From contig NMRA01000344.1 of the NCBI GenBank assembly GCA_002633005.1, positions 427,316 through 491,315 on the forward strand: a DNA stretch of 64,000 nt, given 5' to 3'. Source of the stretch: Phoronis australis (taxonomy: Eukaryota > Animalia > Phoronida). The notes beneath the pieces were generated by a model. The model ran no database searches, was not told the DNA's origin, and worked only from the letters and a program-made list of their open reading frames with translations. A program made the position numbers and the translations under genes. Below are positions 59,415 to 64,000 of this stretch, one piece after another. Every line of letters begins with the position of its first letter. Positions within the stretch are counted from its first letter, which is position 1.

Positions 59415-62400
59415 CTGAAACGAAAAATATTTGTTTCGAGGTTACAGCAATGACCAAAATCTTCGGGATAAACTTGTTCCTAACGACATTTTGGTTTTCC
59501 TCATTTTATACTCCCGCAAGATGTGTGGTTCGATAAGTAAACGTTTTTATTTTTTTTACACTTCAGTGCTGGTGCGACACCACTTTTGTTTCAGAAAATA
59601 CTGATTTCATCTGGGAAATTGTGATTGAAGAAGCCAGTTTGAAAACATATTTATCGTCGGTCGCGCGCGGGGAACCAAACTTAACTTTAATTAGCTAATT
59701 AGAAGTTTTGTTTTGAGGTCGATTCCAAACGGTTGCAGTTGATTATAACGAACCGGTGTTAGGATTTTTACGGAAAAAAGTAATAGTTCAGAGGTCAATT
59801 TCGTTGTGACTTCAAGAAAGATGGATCCCGGATGTAAACAGTTTTTTTTAATTCCTTGGCGGGTTACACGCACGTGACATTTTCTCTCACTGCTGTGATG
59901 ATCTTCGGGTGACGTGTATTCACACCAAATAGCCTATCTAACCTTAATCTATTTGATGCGGTGGCTGATTGAAGTGGGCTCCGCGAGGAAAATAGCAACC
60001 AATTGTGCAGACTGATGAGGAAAGTATATAATGTAGATTTGTTACTCCTTCTATCCGATTTACTATTGACAAGACTTAGTTACCGTCCCAGCAGGGAGTC
60101 AGTTGATGTTATGCCCATGACCGTGTCGATGGCAGCGTCCGCCTCCAGAATGGTGTGGTCAAATTGCTGGTCAGCTTTTTTATGAAGCTGTAAATATATA
60201 AATAGGCAAAGTGTTATGAAAAACAACACTTGCTTGTGTCTACACACTGGAGACATTCTGTTTCATGTATATGGGTAATCGAGACTTTTGTAAAGGCGTT
60301 CAGGCACGACATTCATCCAGAATAGAATGTTTGCAGTTTAAAGGCTGCTCTTGAAACGTGTCGCTGTATTAATTAGAAACGGCAAGAAAACATACCAATC
60401 GATGTCGTATTGACTAACAGGAAAAAGTATATAATGCAATCCAATGTACCCGAGTTTTTAACATTTCACCCAAGATATCCCTAGAGCAAGCCCTTCGCAG
60501 TTGCTTTTCCGTAGCGCTCACCTCGGCACATTCCGTGATAAGACTTTGGTTTGCGCTTTCATACATGGCTTTCGTCACTTGATTATTTGTGACGTCGTTT
60601 TTTGACGCCACCCAGGTTTGACGGTGGACTCGGGCCGTTGATCTGTACCTCTTGTCCATTTTTCTGTGTCTTTCCGCCAGCCGAGTCTCTTCCTTCAATA
60701 GAGAACAAGGCAAAATTGTGCATGGATGCATGTCCCACGCGTGCACATCGGGCGAAAAGCCACGGTGAGATGTTGGCCAGGACAGAATGTACCGATCACA
60801 TGTGGTGGATAGAACTGTCAGGAAAGGTTGGTTAGAACAAACCGAACACAGGGTCGTTCTGTTGAAAAGACGTCCGCGGTAAGGCATTCGTAGCAAATTC
60901 GTTAATACTTAATGAAGACTACCCGGTATCAGACAGAGCACAATAAAATCAGGCACGTTTGGTGTTTTCAATATCCAAGCAGTAAAGACGTGAGAGGGCG
61001 CAGTAGGTGAGAGATCTTGTTAATACTGTGTACAGGCGCCATCTTGAACTCTGCGAAAAATCTACAACTTTGATACCGGGTGTATTCGATGACTCATTTT
61101 GTTTCGCTGTAAATTACTTTTTCATTGACACTCTTGTTGAACATAAATGCACAGAAATAGCATTAGATGTACTAACAACAGCCGACAGAGGAGGTTCGAT
61201 GACATAAAACGCAGAAATACAAAGGACAGTTAAAAGCAGCGGTAGCAATCCATGCGCGCACCCAACCTTTCATATGCATTGGCTCGACATTGCCGACGAT
61301 GTGGACCTTGCACTAGCAAAAAAGCGGACGGACTATAAAAAATCACGGGGTACCAGGTACGGAGCTGTGAATTATGCGTTTTCGCCTTTTTAGTGGACTT
61401 TTGTCTCGTTTTCCCGGACTTCTTGTTTTTCAGTGGCGGACCTTTTTGCCTACTTTGCCAAATGGGGGCTCCCTGGGTGCGCGCATGCAATCACAAGAAA
61501 ATCACCAACTAAGGTTTCTATTTTTGTCACCCTTCACATATATTTGTCATTACTTACGTTGGTCAACTTATCGACTTTCTTCTGACATTTCTCCTGCACG
61601 ATGTTTCTTCTCACAACTTGCTGAGCAGTTTTTTTTCCTGTATCCATGCTTTCTACACTTCTAAAGAACATACAAATAATACACTACTTTAGTTAATGTC
61701 ATACAATAACACTTGGTTTAACCCCAAAACGTCGTAGCCAACTCTCTAACCAGCATATGGCGATGCAGGTGCAGGTGACCAATTCAAATCTGTTCAAATT
61801 ATTCTCACAGCAGTACAGCGTACAAGCGCAGGTAGCGCAGGTAGCGCAGGTAGCGCAGGTAGCGCAGGCTGGTGGGTTACAAAAGTTCCAGACACTTAAA
61901 GCTAATGAAACTTTGCCTCCAAATGTAGTTCGGCGATATGACGGCAGAAAGTCTCGGTAATGCGCAAAAAGGCAGCATGAATACAGAAATTTATTTAACA
62001 TGGCAAACTCCTAACCAATTAATCTTTGTCCGTATTTTAGCCTTTGAAAGGGGCCATGAGCAGTCCTCTTGACGTTAGACGTTTTGAAACCGTGAGTGTG
62101 GACCATGTTAATGATCATGTTGTAGCTCCTTGTTCTTTGATTAATATTATTCTTATGAAAGAGCAACCTTTTCCCGTAAAATAAACCAAATCACACAGAA
62201 TATTGAACTTTTGAGTATTTACATGCATCATGTTAATTTGTTCAGTTTTTAGAAATTAAGGGCTAAACCAGAAGGTATACATATTTTGAGCTAATTTAAA
62301 GAAGTACATGTAGGTCACTTTCATTTGATGGTGATTTGGCGAAAATTGCAACTGCGCTGAGAGACATTCTTTAGAAATAATAGCGTTTCAAGTGAAATTT

Positions 62401-63922
62401 ATGTTACTAGGCCTACAATTGAGGCGTCTTAAGTCTGTTTGACTACCATAATCAAATAGCAACTGAACACTACAATCAAACTTACGACTTGAGTACAGCC
62501 ATCGACCTCTCTGTGTCATATTTCATGAGATCAAGTCTTCTTTGGAGGTCATTTTTCCGCGAGTCCATGAAATTCCAAAACTCTTCGACCTTTGTAGTAT
62601 ATTGGCCTACGAGAGATTGTGAGCAGAAATTTGAAAACATTGAAAATTTAAGCCTAGTGACATGACTGGTCTTTTCAGTACGGCGGTCTACCAGGACTAT
62701 ATGAAGCTCGGGGATCGCGGGCACGAGCCCTCTGGACTGCCTGTGTAATACTTCTGCAGCCTGTTATTGCCGATATTTAGTACAGCATTTTAAGCTGTAC
62801 TAATCCTTGTTGTTAAGCGGAATATGTACTTGTTCTTCAGTAATTTTCGCATGCACCTTCCTACGACCCTGGTTCGTTAGCAACTGTTTTATTTGTAAGT
62901 TAGTTCCACATAGACGTCTAGGCGCAAGTGGAAACAATAACTAAAACCGAATAATTTCATTAGAGGGACATACATGTAAAACTAATGCAGCTACAGGAGT
63001 GATAACAGGGATCTAAGACTCCAGTTTGTTCAAAATAGTTATGCGACTCATGATGCTTCTTGGCTTAATCAATCCACCAAGTTTGGCTACCCACGTGGCA
63101 CTGCAATAGGGGCGGTGGCGAAATTGGTCGCTAATAAGAAGGGGATGAGGCGAAGAAATGAAGGAAGTGATACCGATATCGTCCCGACACCCCAGGTGCC
63201 AGAATCCTGTGCACGCCTCGTCGATATTTCAGAGACCGCTGACGCACGTTCCTTTATATGGTTGACACCGTAAAAATTGGGGCCCGTCCCAGGAAACTGG
63301 GTTAAGTTAACTTTTTTTTCAAATGGCTAACATTCGTCTTACGTTTTGAAAAAAGTTAAAACTTAACATTAGTTTGCTTTTGAGTAAAGAATTTTAGACC
63401 TCCATAGATCGACTGCGTTTCGTATACCATTCCTCTTGGGATTTTGAGGTAATATTTTGTGACATATATTGTCGCAGTAACACATATGATTGTCTCGACG
63501 TTAATATGTGTTGATGTTGACGGCATATTTTTTCTGACTAGGTACTATTGTATATATATTACCGTCGCGGGTGACAATATACGTAACAGTAGAATGCTCT
63601 GTTCGGGGTGAAGCCACGCTGTCTCCCTGTTAAACTGATTTTAACTCGCTGTCGGAATAGCCTTTTCGTTACGGCAAATCCCGATCCACGTGGCAACTGT
63701 CAAGAGAGTGATTAGTTCTCACTTAAGTCCATGTTTTTCTATTAGTAAAAAGTTAATAGTGCAGTGAGCAATTCAGTTTGTCTACATCAAGTCTTACGAT
63801 CAGAAACACGATTCTCTGCAATACCCGCGAATAAACTCACTTTCTGCCTTGCAGAGTTTCAAAGTCTTTTGCTGCCTTCTGTCCATTTCTCTTACAAGCC
63901 GGCTTATAACTTTTCCCATCTC
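58850..63922 (-). CDS. Gene C (5'-partial): uncharacterised coiled-coil protein with Ser/Pro-rich C-terminus; complement(join(58850..59414,60084..60187,61558..61660,62486..62606,63841..>63922))
   Basis: Five minus-strand exons with GT-AG sites and matching phases (1,2,0,2) give one open frame: ...REMDRRQQKTLKLCKAESQYTTKVEEFWNFMDSRKNDLQRRLDLMKYDTERSMAVLKSSVESMDTGKKTAQQVVRRNIVQEKCQKKVDKLTNLHKKADQQFDHTILEADAAIDTVMG..., ending in ORF 58850..59305. Confidence 0.72.
60084..60187 (-). CDS. Gene C exon (LHKKADQQFDHTILEADAAIDTVMGITSTDSLLGR)
   Basis: tttacAG acceptor, GTAACT donor, phase 0 to 2. Confidence 0.72.
61251..61487. mobile_element. Family Y-type MITE
   Basis: Perfect TIR CATGCGCGCACCCA / TGGGTGCGCGCATG; 5-bp flanking duplication CAATC. 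Confidence 0.8.
61558..61660 (-). CDS. Gene C exon (SVESMDTGKKTAQQVVRRNIVQEKCQKKVDKLTN)
   Basis: ttctttAG acceptor, GTAAGT donor, phase 2 to 0. Confidence 0.72.
61826..61868. repeat. (GCGCAGGTA) 9-bp tandem repeat, nearly 5 units
   Basis: Seen directly. Confidence 0.9.
62486..62606 (-). CDS. Gene C exon (QYTTKVEEFWNFMDSRKNDLQRRLDLMKYDTERSMAVLKS)
   Basis: ctctcgtAG acceptor, GTAAGT donor, phase 1 to 2. Confidence 0.72.
63841..63922 (-). CDS. Gene C most upstream visible exon (EMGKVISRLVREMDRRQQKTLKLCKAE); 5' boundary uncertain
   Basis: GTGAGT donor in phase 1; the 5' side abuts a MITE end at 63927. Confidence 0.55.
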
Positions 63923-63926
63923 CTTA

Positions 63927-64000
63927 CAGGGCTCAACACTAACGGTTGCCCGATTGCCCGTGTACATGTAGATTTTGCGTCGGGCAAGTGGAATTTGAAA
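63927..64000. mobile_element. Terminus of a probable hAT-like MITE running off the window
   Basis: CAGGGCTCAACACTAA followed by TTGCCCG/CGGGCAAG subterminal motifs; other end not visible. Confidence 0.5.

Noticed and set aside
58992-59457. Overlapping ORFs 58992..59453 (+) and 59221..59457 (-)
   Set aside because: Antisense and alternative-frame shadows; only the frame ending at 58850 matches the phase of the upstream exon.
60414-60896. 160-aa minus-strand ORF inside gene C
   Set aside because: No recognisable motif, and flanking gene C exons join in phase without it.

Overview
AT-rich, intron-rich animal (most likely invertebrate) DNA with two assembly gaps; nothing here is prokaryotic. 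Manual splicing (GT-AG sites, matching phases, paralog comparison) recovers three genes that the ORF track shows only as fragments. Genes A (5'-partial, <1..12720, +) and B (apparently complete, 30035..45983, +, about 487 aa) are tandem paralogous single-pass SEA-domain mucin-like genes: signal peptide (seen in B only), short Thr/Ser/Pro stalk, SEA with a G|S[V/I] cleavage motif, Cys/EGF-like modules, TM and a multi-exon tail. The tail motif F-V-x-N-L-A-[S/T]-V-D-T-x-T-S-F-K-I-x-R-P-E-V resembles the vertebrate MUC3/MUC12/MUC17 tail as I recall it. Gene C is a convergent, 5'-partial, minus-strand coiled-coil gene (>63922..58850). Most of the rest is transposon-derived: a complete but frameshifted Gypsy/Mag-type LTR element (160-bp LTRs, tRNA-Leu PBS, PPT, 5-bp TSD), two THAP-bearing Kolobok-type elements, two Academ relics, Penelope-like relics (one an inverted-terminus insertion carrying minimal hammerhead-like motifs), Hero-type and Tx1/L1-type LINE relics, and hAT-like MITEs with 5-6 bp TSDs, one family of which carries a tRNA-like Pol III cassette. 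All calls are from reading the sequence; no searches were run.
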